Both the position numbers and the translations under genes were made by a program. From assembly GCA_964188305.1 (NCBI GenBank), contig OZ076901.1: 64,000 nucleotides of DNA. One strand, given 5' to 3'. This DNA is from Podarcis bocagei (Eukaryota). Of the stretch, positions 26,101 through 37,989 are shown piece by piece. Each line of letters begins with the position of its first letter. The stretch's first letter is position 1. Below the pieces are notes generated by a model that ran no database searches, was not told the origin of the DNA, and was given only the letters and a program-made list of their open reading frames with translations.

Positions 26101-27352
26101 TGGCCAGTTTCTGAGTTTTAACCAATATATACTGCAGGGACAAGTGTGTTGTGCCTAGCAGTTGGAGCAAGCTCACACACTTTGCCCACTCAACAGTTCA
26201 CATCCTCATTGTTTTGGCCTCAGCACCCCTTCCCCAAAGCCAAATGCTCATCTTCACACCACAGAGGCATGTGTGTGGCGGAGGCTGCAGTCTACAACCC
26301 CACAACTAGAGGCAGAAAACAAGACCAGGAGGATCTCAGGAGTTCAGTGGCAGAGGGACTTGGTCCAGCCCAAGACAGGAGGGGGCACAATGGAAAGACA
26401 CTCAAAGCCTAAGCATGAAGCCGCTTCCAAGGAGAGGCAACCCAATACCAGGAGACCCAGCGTGTCTGCTACAAACAGTGCCAAAGGCAGGGCATCCATC
26501 AAGAAAGAGAACACGCAAAGGAATTGAGAGAGGGGGGAGGCTGTCCCCAGACATTCAGCAAACAGAGCCTGTGGCTCAGCAAACAGTGCACATGGCCACC
26601 CACAAGGCCTTATAGCTCAGTCCCGGATATGCTCCCTGCCAGGGCACCTTTAGAGTCCTGAAGATGGAACAGGCAGCACCCTCCTTAGTGCCAGGTGAGA
26701 GATCATTGGCATGAGTGATCCAGAGAATAGCAACAGTCCTATGAGTCCAGATGACTGGAAAGCACCAGCTGTAGCATGGACAGGTCTCTCTCACCACCAA
26801 CAGCCACAGTGCCCATTTGGCTAAATGGAATTCTGCTCCCCTCCCCCCCCCCAGCCAAATCTACCAAAATAAAGAATATGATTTTTTGCACACACAATGA
26901 GGTAGGCTAACCCAGCCCATCCAACATCCCTGTCAAGGCTGGGCCAAGGCTTTTTGGTTATGCAAAGAGTGGGGCCACACAATCTGAGAGGTGCCCCCCA
27001 GGACCCCACAGCGTCACATGCAATTCGTGGATGCATCTCTCAGGTGCATGTCTCTCTATCGCTGCACTCCTGAACCTATGACCAGATCACTAGCTAGTGC
27101 CAATAAGCAGCCTTGTCTGCAGACCACCTCCCTGGTGGCAGAAGCAGCACCTTGACACCGCGGGGGGGGGGGGAAGGGCAGAGAAACAGGCCAAAGATCT
27201 GAGTGGAGGGAAGCCAGATGATTCCCAGGAAGCTGGAAGTTTTGTGCCGCTGCTAGCAGCCTGCAAGTGCCTGCCTGCCACCTAGGGCTGCAATCATCCT
27301 GTGCAGGCAAAGTGTGGGGAGAAGAAGACTCCCAGAACATTGTGGAACTTAC

Positions 27353-27476
27353 TCTGGATCACCCTGCCCAAATCTGCCAGGAAGGAATCACACCCCAGTG
27401 TAAGCAGAGGCGAAAGCACAAATCTGGCAGCCCAGTTGCCCAAAGCAGACTTGCCAGTCACCTCCAGGTTGGTCAC
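27353..27476 (-). other. Candidate non-coding (5'UTR) exon 2 of the minus-strand gene
   Basis: Acceptor CTTATTGCTTTCTGCAG| and donor |GTAAGT bracket 124 bp, 1.4 kb downstream of the exon 1 donor. Confidence 0.35.
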
Positions 27477-28399
27477 CTGCAGAAAGCAATAAGAGCCTTC
27501 AGGTAGCCTGGCAGGGGAAACCGATAACCTCTCTGCTTTTTCTTGACCCATGCAACTAGCCCAGGTGTATAAAGGCAAGAACTCTGTGGCATTACAAGTC
27601 AGGCTGCCAAGACAGTTTTGGCAGCCTGGGACCGCAGTGGCCCCCAGGCCCAGCCTAGCAACCCAAGAGCTGGCCCGTTTCATGACTCCGAGTCAGCCTC
27701 CTCCATGCAGCAGCTACCTTCAACTGGGTCAATTCCTGAAACCACCTTGCTTGGGTCCAGAGACCATCCCCCTAACAGGTCACCTGCCCCAACTGCCAGG
27801 AAAAATGTTAAAACATTTCAAAGCCATCCCTCAGCTCCAGACTTGTGAGGTTTATGGTAGCGCACCAAGACACAGCTTGTTCTCACAGGCAGATCATCAC
27901 AATCCAAACCCGCCCCCGCCTACAGCCAGGAAATAAGTGCCAGGCGCCTCTCCATTCAGAGGTCAAAGAGGGCTCCTGGACAGAGACATCACCACTGCTC
28001 TGTTCAAGTCACACACAACCACGTGGCTTGTTCCAGGCCCAACATGGAAGTGGCACACCAAGGAAGCTCACAAACACCTTGCCCAAGGCTGGTTCCTCTT
28101 GTTGGGAAGGCCAGCAGGAGAGAGATCCTCCAGGCAGAAGATGACAAAACTACATGGGATTTGGTGGCAAAAGGCACTGCTGGACACCACAACCACATAG
28201 CTCTTACCACAGGAGGGCTTTAGTCCCACCTGGAAACACCCACCAGAAGCCAGGAGGAGTTTGAGTTCAACATCTGGGGAAGACAGGGCCAGGTTCTGGC
28301 ACCCAATGGCTTTCCTGATTTCTTCTCCCCAGCTCCACACGCAACCCCCTGCAAAAACCTCCTGCCAAGATGCAGCTTCCCCTCCGAGGGTCTCAGCCA

Positions 28400-30900
28400 A
28401 TGGCACCATTGCCATCGCTGCCCTAAGGAGCGCCAGGTGACCTGCTCCACAGTGGCCGGTTGCTCGCACCGAAAGGCAGGGGAGCAGACACGCTGCCCCC
28501 GTCCCAGCCACGCCGGGAGCCAAGCAGCCACCCCTGCCGCTGCCAGCGGAGCCGCAGCAACAGGAGCTCTGTCCCGTCTTGCCTGCGAGAGGGACGAGTC
28601 ACGTCCCCAAGGCAGCTCGCCCCGACGCGCAGGCCTCCTTCCTGCGAGCAGACGGTGCCCAGAGGCCACGCACGAAGGCCTCACCTTGCCCGCCGCCGTC
28701 TCGGGGGCAGCCCCCGGGCTCGGGCTGCTCGAGGCCCGCCGAGGCAGCCCAGGCGCGGCCCAAGCATGCAAGCAAGCAGCCTGCTCGGCGATCGCCTGGC
28801 ACCGCGGCTCCAAACAATGCCCCGCTCGGCCCAGGGCGCTCCGCCGCTGCTTACCTGCTCAGGAGAGGCCGCCGCGGGGCTCGCCCATGGCCGCCGCAGG
28901 AGCACCGCGGTTGCTGCTGCTCGGCAAGGCGGGGGCACAGGCGGGACGCGCGGCGGCGGCGGCGGCCGGTCCTTCCCTTCTCCTCCTCTTCCTCCAGCGC
29001 CGCCGGGCCGCCTCTTTCGCTTTCACTTGCCGGGCCGCGCCGCGGAGGCGGCTCCCGCGTCGCCCCTTCGCGCTGCCGCTGCGCCTGGCCCGGCCTCGCC
29101 CTGCCCAGAAGACGCCGCCGGTGCCAACGGGCAGCGCCCGCCGCCGCGTCCGCCTGCCTCTGCCCGCCTCCGACTGCTCATTTGGGGGGAAGAGAAGCGC
29201 TCGCTCCGCTTCAGACGAGGAGCTACTCCAGGCAGGCGCCGACGCCGCCGTGTCAAAATAAGAGCCGCCTCCTCCTCCTCCTCCTCCTGCTCCTGGTTCC
29301 GCTTCGACGAGGCCTCCCAGCGGCCTGTCGGGGACCAGCACCCGGCTGGCAGCGAGAAGGGCGGGCGAGCGAGCAACGAATTCGGCGCCCCCAGGACCGG
29401 CACAACTGCCCAGACAGAGGAGGCGCCGTCCCGTACCCCTGCTTGGTAGAAGGCGCTCCACCTGGGAGCCACCGGCGGCAAGCGAGCAGGCTGGCTTCCT
29501 CGACGGACTGCAAGCTGCAGCGCCCTTGGCCGCCACCAAGCACCGCCCGCTCTACGGAGCGCAGTAGCCCACGGCTGGCTGGAAGGGCCACCGAAGCGGT
29601 TGCTGTCACCATCCGCCTGCCTTGCGCAACGCCGTCGCGGGCGGGAGGACAAGCTCAGCCCACCCGAGCGATTCCCGGCCGCTCTCCTCAGTGGGCGGCC
29701 CAAAGCGAGCTCGGCCGTCGGAAGGACCGCTTGGGGCTTTCCCCCATCGTCGTCGCAGTTGGTTCGGAGTAATAGATGTCGAATGTCCGACAATTTTGAG
29801 GGCAAACGCAAAGGCTGGGTGTTCGACGGCCCTGTTTCATTGGCGCGCGCGGGCCCTGGAGGAGAGTGAGGGCACGTGCGCGCCCCGTCGTTAGAAGTCG
29901 CCTCCAAGGATCCAGCTTAAGGAAGCGATCAAAGTCTGCACGTGAGGCAGGGCGAAGGAAAGCCTTTTCTCACGAGTGACGGCGTCACATCCTTGAACCA
30001 ACCACGCAAGTGTGATTACAAGTGTGGTTCCAGGTCGTTTATAAGCCAGGCTTAGCGCGTGGACATGACTTGGTGGACACATGGGGTGCGCGGTGTGTTG
30101 AAAGAGAAAGGCAGCTTTAGAAAGTGACGGGACCCTTTAAATACCCAGAGATCCGGCTGCCCGTCGCTGTTTTGTGCCGAAGATAAACAGGGACGGCGGC
30201 GCACGTGGCGGGTGGGAAAAGGGAAGCGAGTGACTTAATCGGGGAACCCAGGAGCCCGGGCTGCCTGGCTGCTGCTTTCCTGCCCGGTCGCGGGAAAGAG
30301 ACGGGGCGGGACCCCGAGTCCTCCCGAGTATTTGCGGGCTCGGCCGGCGCAGGAAATTTTGGCAGGCGCTCTTAGCTGGGACTCTTATCCTGACAGGGCG
30401 CCCTCCTCCCAGGTCGGGCCCGGAGACGTCGGCAAAGCCGCGCCAGTAAAGCGGGCGGCGGGCGCCTGCAGCTGCGCTCTCCCTCCCTTCCTCCGTGCAA
30501 GAGCGGAGCCCGCTAGGGCGGCCGCGGGAGACCCGCAGGAAGAGCCTTCCTGTGACGCCTCCGGGCTCTCGGGATGCCGTGGGGCAGCCTCTGTTGAGGT
30601 GCGGCTCGTTCCTTGGCGGCCAGGCCGGGCCCCCGCTCCCTCCAGCGGAGTGGAGCAGCACCCAACGGACTGAAGGGAGACAGAGAGCGCGCCGCCTGGC
30701 GCCCAAGGCTCGGCTAGCAGCGGCTCCGCCGTCTGTCCCGCGCTGCTACCCCCAGGCGGGGAAGGGAGCGGCTCCCCACCGGCAGCTGCTGGTGCGTCCC
30801 GTCGGAGCCAGAACACACACCCAGCGGAGCCTGCTGGCAATGCCAGGTCCCAGCCGGGCAACGGATGAAATAAATAAAGGTGCCTCTGAGCGTGTGCAGA
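28400..30900 (-). promoter_or_regulatory. BCL9L: CpG island: probable BCL9L promoter and non-coding first exon (3' end at 28855)
   Basis: Very CpG-dense 2.5 kb with a strong minus-strand donor CAG|GTAAGC at 28855/28854. CACGTG E-boxes at 29873, 29939 and 30202; CCAAT box near 29839. The gene identity is inferred from synteny only; no BCL9L coding sequence was seen in the window. Confidence 0.6.
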
Positions 30901-31062
30901 GTGGTTTTCTGACCTCATTGAGCAGCCAGGCCCAGCGCACCTGAAAAGAAAAAGTGGCTTCCAGGTGTGATGTGGGCAGAAGGAAATCATGGCAGGTTCT
31001 GGCATCTTGTTCTTGCTGGGGTGGGGAGATGATTGGGGACTGAAGCAGAAGGTTTAGACATA

Positions 31063-31251
31063 ACAATATAAAAAATTCCTTCCAATAGCACCTTAGAGAC
31101 CAACTAAGTTTGTTATTGGTATGAGCTTTCGTGTGCAGTGTGCATGCACACGAAAGCTCATACCAATAACAAACTTAGTTGGTCTCTAAGGTGCTACTGG
31201 AAGGATTTTTTTATTTTTTTTACTACGGCAGACCAACACGGCTACCTACCT
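31063..31251. mobile_element. Penelope-like palindromic element
   Basis: 52-bp perfect inverted repeat (31086-31137 / 31145-31196) flanked by the 12-bp direct repeat GGTTTAGACATA. The family assignment is from recall of squamate Penelope termini. Confidence 0.7.
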
Positions 31252-34200
31252 GGTTTAGACATAGACGGACACTCCATTAAAAGTGCTTTGCTGTCATGGC
31301 AAGCTTACTGTTATTTCATATATCTGGGAGTTTTAAGGCTGTTTTTCCTTGCTGTGAGAACCAGGTCAATAAAGCATCTTGAAATTTGTGGGGAACTACC
31401 CCTCGAATTGAGGCCCCAAAGGCCTTTTTGGAGCTGGAACCCCAGTCTGGGTCCTTTGAAAGCCCACTCACTGCTGCCTCCCTCCGTGAGCTTCATTGCA
31501 AAGAGCAGCAAGGTGAGGCAAGCCTGCAGGTTTCAGATGTTCTGCTGGTGGAGGATGGAGGCCTCTCATTGCCTCTCCAGCCCCATGGGCTCCCCTTGGC
31601 CCCTGTTACCACCCACCCTTCTGCTGCCAGGTCTCAGGGGCCTCTACAACCTCTGCAGAAAGGAGACAAGGAAAGGGTGTCTTTAGGATGCTGGTGATAT
31701 AGTGAGAATCCTGTTCCCATGGCAACAGGAGGATTCAGTGGAAGAAAAGGGGATGTAAATCGGATTATCAGGTGGGGGGGGGATGTGGAAGGCCTGACAG
31801 GGCCAGAGAACAGCCACCTGCAGCTTCTGCCGCCGCCTCCTCCTCTCAGTCCCTTGTCCCCATTCTGGGTCTCTGTGCCAGCATCTCCAGCCCTGAATGC
31901 CAATATCCTCCCTTTTGCCAGTGGTCTCTAGGCTGCTGCAGAGACCCTGGGTCCGGTACCTCCCTGATGGCAGGTCCAGGGTCTGCTGAGGGTGGGAAAG
32001 GAACTGTGGGTTAAAGGCCCTGAGTCAGAGAAACACCAAACTGCTCTTTAGCTCACTTCCCAAGAGACTCCTAGAATGTGGGTGGAGATCTCCCTGCTGT
32101 AATGTTATGGCTTTCACCTGTGACATGTAGATGTGTAACAGGAAGGGGATGCAGAGCATGTGCCCAGGTGAGCACTCTTGAGACCAGACAAGGGGCTCCA
32201 GGATGACACATCAGCCTCGCAATTGTTTTCTGGAGGGAGGATCGGCTCTGGAACATCTAAAAGTGACAGCAGAAGTGAGACTGCCTTTGAGGATGTGCAG
32301 AGTGCCCTCCCTTCATCTAGCCCCTACTTGCCTGGATTGGAGCAGAGCCCCCAAGTCAAAAGGTTTTGAGATTGTTGGTTGGACGTGTAGCTTCACAGCC
32401 ATATTCTACTTCAAAGTTAGCTGCTCTGTGCCTGCAGCAAGAAAAACCAAGCAAAGGCCGAGCCAGGGTCCATCCAATGTCCAGTTTGTGGGAAAAGCAA
32501 GAAGTACTAGGAGGCGGAGATCAAGCATCATCACGGCTGGTGTGTGTGTAAAAAAAAAAAAAGCATGCTGCTCCTTTAAATGTGCCTAAAGTGTTGTCAG
32601 TAGATCTGCCAGGGTGGAAGACTTAATCCCCCTGCTCCCTCCAAGACCCTCTCAGCCACTGTGATGGGATAATTAGATGCGAGGGCTCAGTGCAGACGAT
32701 GCTCCAGTCGCCTAGCAACTAATGGTTCCCATGGAAATGGCAAACCACAGCCTCCGAAGCAGTAAGTGAGCAGTGCAGCAGCAGAGCAAGGCAGGGAGAG
32801 ATGCCTTGACTCTTCGCTCTGATCCTCCGCTTCTCCTGCAGAGGCCTGGAGGTATTACGGGAAGAGGGGGAGTGGAGGGGGCGCTTCACAGTGTCCCTCT
32901 TTCCAACTGCAGGGAGAGGGAGGGGAGTGGCTGTGGATAGTCATGAGCTCTCCCTCTGCGCCCCCCCCCCATCTCACACTTCAAGCACCCGTAGCAACAG
33001 AAGAGGGCTCCAGTGCCCCCTTGCACCCAGCTGCCAGTCTTCCTACCTTTTCACTTACAACCTGGCGCAGAAAAATGAATTTAATAGAAAGGAAGTAGGT
33101 GAAGCTTTTTCCCGGCACTTTTTCCTGTTCCTGGAAAAGCTTCCCCTGGTGTGTTTTCCCATGTCAGGCTGCTGTTGAAAGTGCAAGAGCAGGGAAGAGG
33201 CAACACAAGCAGATGTTGCCCTGTCCACATCTGTATGCAATGCAGTTGCGGCAACACAGGCTGCCACCAACCCCAGGCAACGCTCTGGGTCCTGCCGAAG
33301 GAGGATCTGGGCTTTGCAAGGGGGGAGGACAAGCACCTGTTCTGCATGCAAGAAGGTCCCTGGTGTCTTCAGGTTGGGCTGGGGAAAAGAATCTCTGCTT
33401 TAAATCCTGATGGTGGCTGCAGCTTTCACTGGTGTCCATGCTGCCCTCAGGTTTGGCTCTTCCTCCACTCTGCAGGCTGATTCCACCCCCCCCCCCATAC
33501 ACACACATAAAGATTGAACCATTCATAGCAACAGTTTCTCTTGTCCCTCCAAGCCCTTTCAGAGTGGCTCAGCAGGACATTCTCCCAAAGAGGCCACGAA
33601 GGTGGTGTTGGGCGGGACAGCACACCTCCCCAGACAAGTAGCTCTCCCCCACTCACCTCCCCAAGTTGCTGGAAGGAAAGGTGCTTTCCACCCATAAAAC
33701 TGAATCAAAAACTGGCAATTAAAATAAGGCTGTAATCCTAAACGTGCTTACTTGAAAGTTAAGCCCCCCTACCAAAGTCAAGAAGTCAAATGTCAAGGGA
33801 AGTCTTTTCATAGCCAAAGTGAAACACATGTGAAATACATACTGCCGGTGTCAAGTATATTTATTGATTTATATCCCACCCTTCCTCCCACAAGAGCCCA
33901 GGGCAGCAAACAACAAGTGATTAAACATCTTTATTAAACAAACAAACAAACAACACAGATGCAGACTGGGAAAGATCTCAGCTTAGTAGGCACTGAAAAG
34001 AAAACAGACAGTGCTGGTCTAATACAATATTCAAGAGGATGGAATTCCTCACGGCAGGTGCCACCACACTAAAGGCCCAGTTCCTACCTACTACATTGTG
34101 AAGAACAGACCTATGGATAAAATGGTATTTGCAGGAGGCCTCTGCCTGCAGACATAGGCATACCTAGGCTCATTTGCACCTCGGCAAGGAGCTGTATTGG

Positions 34201-34897
34201 CATCTCCAAAGCCGGGAGAGACCATGGATAAGAAACTCAGAAAGTTTGCTTTTTGTTGCCTTTAGAGCTCCATCAGTCACTTCCTCCATGCCCATCGAGT
34301 TCAAATCTGCCCTGCTCTGCCTCTTCCACTGGTCTGTCTGTCTGCCTTCCTCCCTCAGCTCATTGTCTTCCCTTCTTCCTCCTTTCCTTCCTTTTCCCTC
34401 CTTCCACAACTCTCCATCTTTCTTTCCTCTGAGCCCCGCTGAACATTCCACCTACACTTCTAATAGCACTGCCTGCCGACTGGGGAGAGGGCCCCCACAG
34501 GGTTGCTGCAAAGGCCCATGTCAGCCACCAGATTCCTCTGCCAAGGCACCCAGAGCAGCCTGCACACATCGCCCAACCACCCAGAGCAGCAGAGGAGTGG
34601 CCCAGGGAGCCCGCGAGGTGGCAAGCGGGCTTCTAGCTACTTGGAGCCAGAGTGGAGAGATGCCATGTTTTTTGCCCCCCTAGGCCTGCACCTTTGGTGC
34701 ACCTAACTAGATACTGTATGTTCCTGCCTGCAGACCACGGTGATCAAGGGCTGACATGATCTTTCATGTATCCTGGTCCCAAGCTATATAGGGTTTTATG
34801 CACCAAAACACCTTAAACAGCCCAGCAGCTAATTGGTAGCCAGTGCAATTATTTTAACAGTGGGATGGCTTGTTAGCGATATCCTACTCCAGTGAGC

Positions 34898-35240
34898 GGG
34901 ATGCGGGTGGCGCTGTGGGTTAAACCACAGAGCCTAGGACTAGCCGATCAGAAGGTCGGCAGTTCGAATCCCCACAACGGGGTGAGCTCCTGTTGTTTGG
35001 TCCCTGCTCCTGCCAACCTAGCAGTGTGAAAGCACGTCAGATAAATAAGTACTGCTCCGGCAGGAGGTAAACGGTGTTTCCGTGCGCTGCTCTGGTTTCG
35101 CCAGAAGCGGCTTAGTCATGCTGGCCCCATGACCTAGAAGTTGTACGCTGTCTCCCTTGGCCAATAAAGCGAGATGAGCGCTGTATCCCCAGAGTCGGCC
35201 ACGACTGGACCTAATGGTCAGGGGTCCCTTTACCTTTACC
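34898..35240 (+). mobile_element. Sauria SINE
   Basis: Near full length with TSD CTCCAGTGAGC. Confidence 0.9.
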
Positions 35241-37070
35241 TTGCTCCAGTGAGCAGTCAAGCAATTGCAGTTTGCACCAGCTGCAGCTTTCGGACCTACC
35301 TCGATGGCAGCCCTTTGTAGAGCCCAAATCAGTAATCCAGTCTGGAGGTTACCAGCACATTGACTACACTAGCAAGGCTATTCCGGTCCAGAAACATTTG
35401 TAGCTGTTTTACCAGCTGAAGCTGGCACAAGGCCCCCTTAGCTGCTAAGGTCACTTGGCCTCTAGCAGCAAAGACTGATCCAAGTGAGCAACCCCCAGCT
35501 TAGGAACCTGCTCTTTTCCCATATGCAAATGAATGCAGATTTACCAAGCAATCCCATACAGAGGGAGATGCTGCTGTATCACTGGCACAGCACCCACAAA
35601 CTCCTAGAATCATAGAAGGTACCACGGGGGTCATCTAGTCCAACCCCCTGCAATGCGGAAATATTATCCCCAACACGGGGCTCAAACTCATGACCCCTGA
35701 GATTAACAGTCGCATGCTCTCCCGACTGAGCTATCCCAGAGCTTACCTAGACGTGTCCAGCAACGGTGATGGCCACAGCCCCGGAATCCATGGAAGCTTC
35801 ATTTGTGGCAACCAATCCCAGGCCAACTGCAGTGAAGATGCTCTCATGTTCCCTAGATGCAAAGAGAACCAATGCATTAGCATCAGTGGTGATGCAACCC
35901 CATGATAGGCTTCTGCCCCTAAACTCCAGTGTATCACCCCACGAGTTCCTGGGGCAAAGGCAGAAATTAACAGGACACTTTGAGTCTCCAGGCATCAATT
36001 TTTAGGACAATGTGCAGAGAGAAGGAAGGAGAGGCCATACCGCACCCGTGTGGCTCACTGGGCAGGAGGCTTATAGGTGAGACACACAACCCTTTCCCCA
36101 GGACAAGAGTTCGAGGCTGACAGGGAAGGAAAATGCTTTTTCCAAGGTGAAGTATGAGTATCCACTGCTGTTGGGCTACAGTTCAAGTTTTAGCTAAGGA
36201 AGACCCGCTTTTTGAGCAAGAGCTTGTTGACAAAGGAAAAGCCGCTCAATACATGCTCAGAAACACACTGCCGTTCTCCAAATATACTTCCCATGTTCCA
36301 AGGCAGAGAGACACCTGGCACGGATTACAATGAAGGCAAAGCCAGCTCTGGTTTCTCTGCATGAGCTTGGGGGGGGGGTGTGACTGATGGGAGCCGTCAA
36401 ACTCCCTTCCCACCCGATTCTTAGCAACTTCTCTTCTGACAAAAGTCACTGATCCGTCCCCACCAGCTGAAGCAGATGTGAGAGTCTTCTCCTGAGCAGT
36501 CCTGACTTGCTCTGCTATTGTCACTCACCACACACATGGAAATCAAAGGGAAATGGAGCTCTTTGTTCTGCTGGGGAGAGAGCGGAAGGTGAGTGGCTGA
36601 GGCAGGTGTTTGAAAGCTCAGCCCTGAAAGGGTTTTGAAAATCTGGAAGGAGGGACCAAGATCTGAGGCCACCACTAGAGCCAGAAGTTCAGAACTTGAC
36701 AGAACAGGGGGATTGCTGGCAGGAGGATGGGGAAAAGGCCTTATCAACACTCCCCCCAATCATTTTCAAAATATGAGATAATTGGGGTGTTGCAGAAGTT
36801 TACTTGAGCTATAAACAAAGAGTCAGCACATGGATCCCTTATCATATGTTGTGTTGTGTTGTGTTGTGTGCATCCGTCTGTCTTGGGAGACAATGGAAGA
36901 ATGCAACACCAGGGGTAAAGTAAGCAGCATAAATATATTTTGCTAACCTTCCATGAACAGAAACAGACCACATTCGCATATCATAGGCCACATTTGATTC
37001 AGCTGCTCCCAGGAGATCCCAGGTATGCTCAGGTGTCTCATCCACCAAGCAAATCACTGTCCTTGCATGT

Positions 37071-37435
37071 AAGGTAAAGGTAAAGGGACCCCTGACCATT
37101 AGGTCCAGTTGTGACCGACTCTGGGGTTGCGCGCTCATCTCAGTCTATAGGCTGAGGGAGCCGGCATTTGTCCGCAGACAGCTTCCTGGTCATGTGGCCA
37201 GCATGACCACTTCGCTTCTGATGAACCAGAGCAGCACAGAAAAATGCCATTTACCTTCCCGCTGGAGCGGTACCTATTTATCTACTTGCACTTTGACATG
37301 CTTTCGAACTGCTAGGTTGGCAGGAGCAGGGACCGAACAACGAGAGCTCACCCCGTTGAAGGGATTCGAACCGCCAACCTTCTGATCGGCAAGTCCTAGG
37401 CTCTGTGGTTTAACCCACAGCGCCACCCGAGTCCC
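37071..37435 (-). mobile_element. Sauria SINE
   Basis: Full length with TSD TCCTTGCATGTA. Confidence 0.9.
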
Positions 37436-37617
37436 ATCCTTGCATGTAGGTGGCTACAAAATTCCTCCTATCCATACACATTCCCTCCAGGGCTTGGATC
37501 CTTGGTCTTGGAGGGAACATACAGAATGCTTTGCAAAATCAGACCCAGGGTCTGACTAGTCCAGAGTCCTGAAAGATCACTCACAAGTGATTCATGAAGG
37601 TGATGGCTGCCCTCAGC

Positions 37618-37989
37618 CATAGGCGCCGACTCCATGGGGCTTGAGGGGGCTCGAGCCCCCTCAAAAAAATTTTTGGGGGGGCTCAGCCCCCCCAATAATC
37701 TCGGGCGGGCGCCCTTTCAGCAGAGCGCCGCCGCCGTCCCCGCCTCCTCCTCACCTGCTCCTTCGCCAGCCAGCCAGCCGCGCGCCCTAATCGGAGGCAC
37801 TGCCGGAAATCCCGCGAGAACAGGGGAATCCCGACTGGCCACACCTCCCAGCCAGCCAATCGGCTGGCTGGGGGGCGTGGCTTGCCCTATTTAGGGCCGG
37901 AGCCACTTTATTTGCATATTCATGAGCTTATTTATTATTCATGAGCTTTCCCGGGCCCCCCCAATATTTTTTCTAAGTCCGCGTCCCTG
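37618..37989. mobile_element. GC-rich non-autonomous hAT element (short form)
   Basis: Ends CATAGGCGCCGACT...AGTCCGCGTCCCTG with perfect 8-bp TSD CCCTCAGC (37610-37617, 37990-37997). Confidence 0.88.

Noticed and set aside
27440-27490. LQVTNLEVTGK resembling UPK2 YQVTNLVPGTK
   Set aside because: Wrong strand and location, with no flanking similarity; a chance match.
28220-30950. Many long overlapping ORFs (200-400 aa) on both strands
   Set aside because: Stop-codon depletion in a CpG island; low-complexity Ala/Arg/Pro/Gly translations with no recognisable domain.
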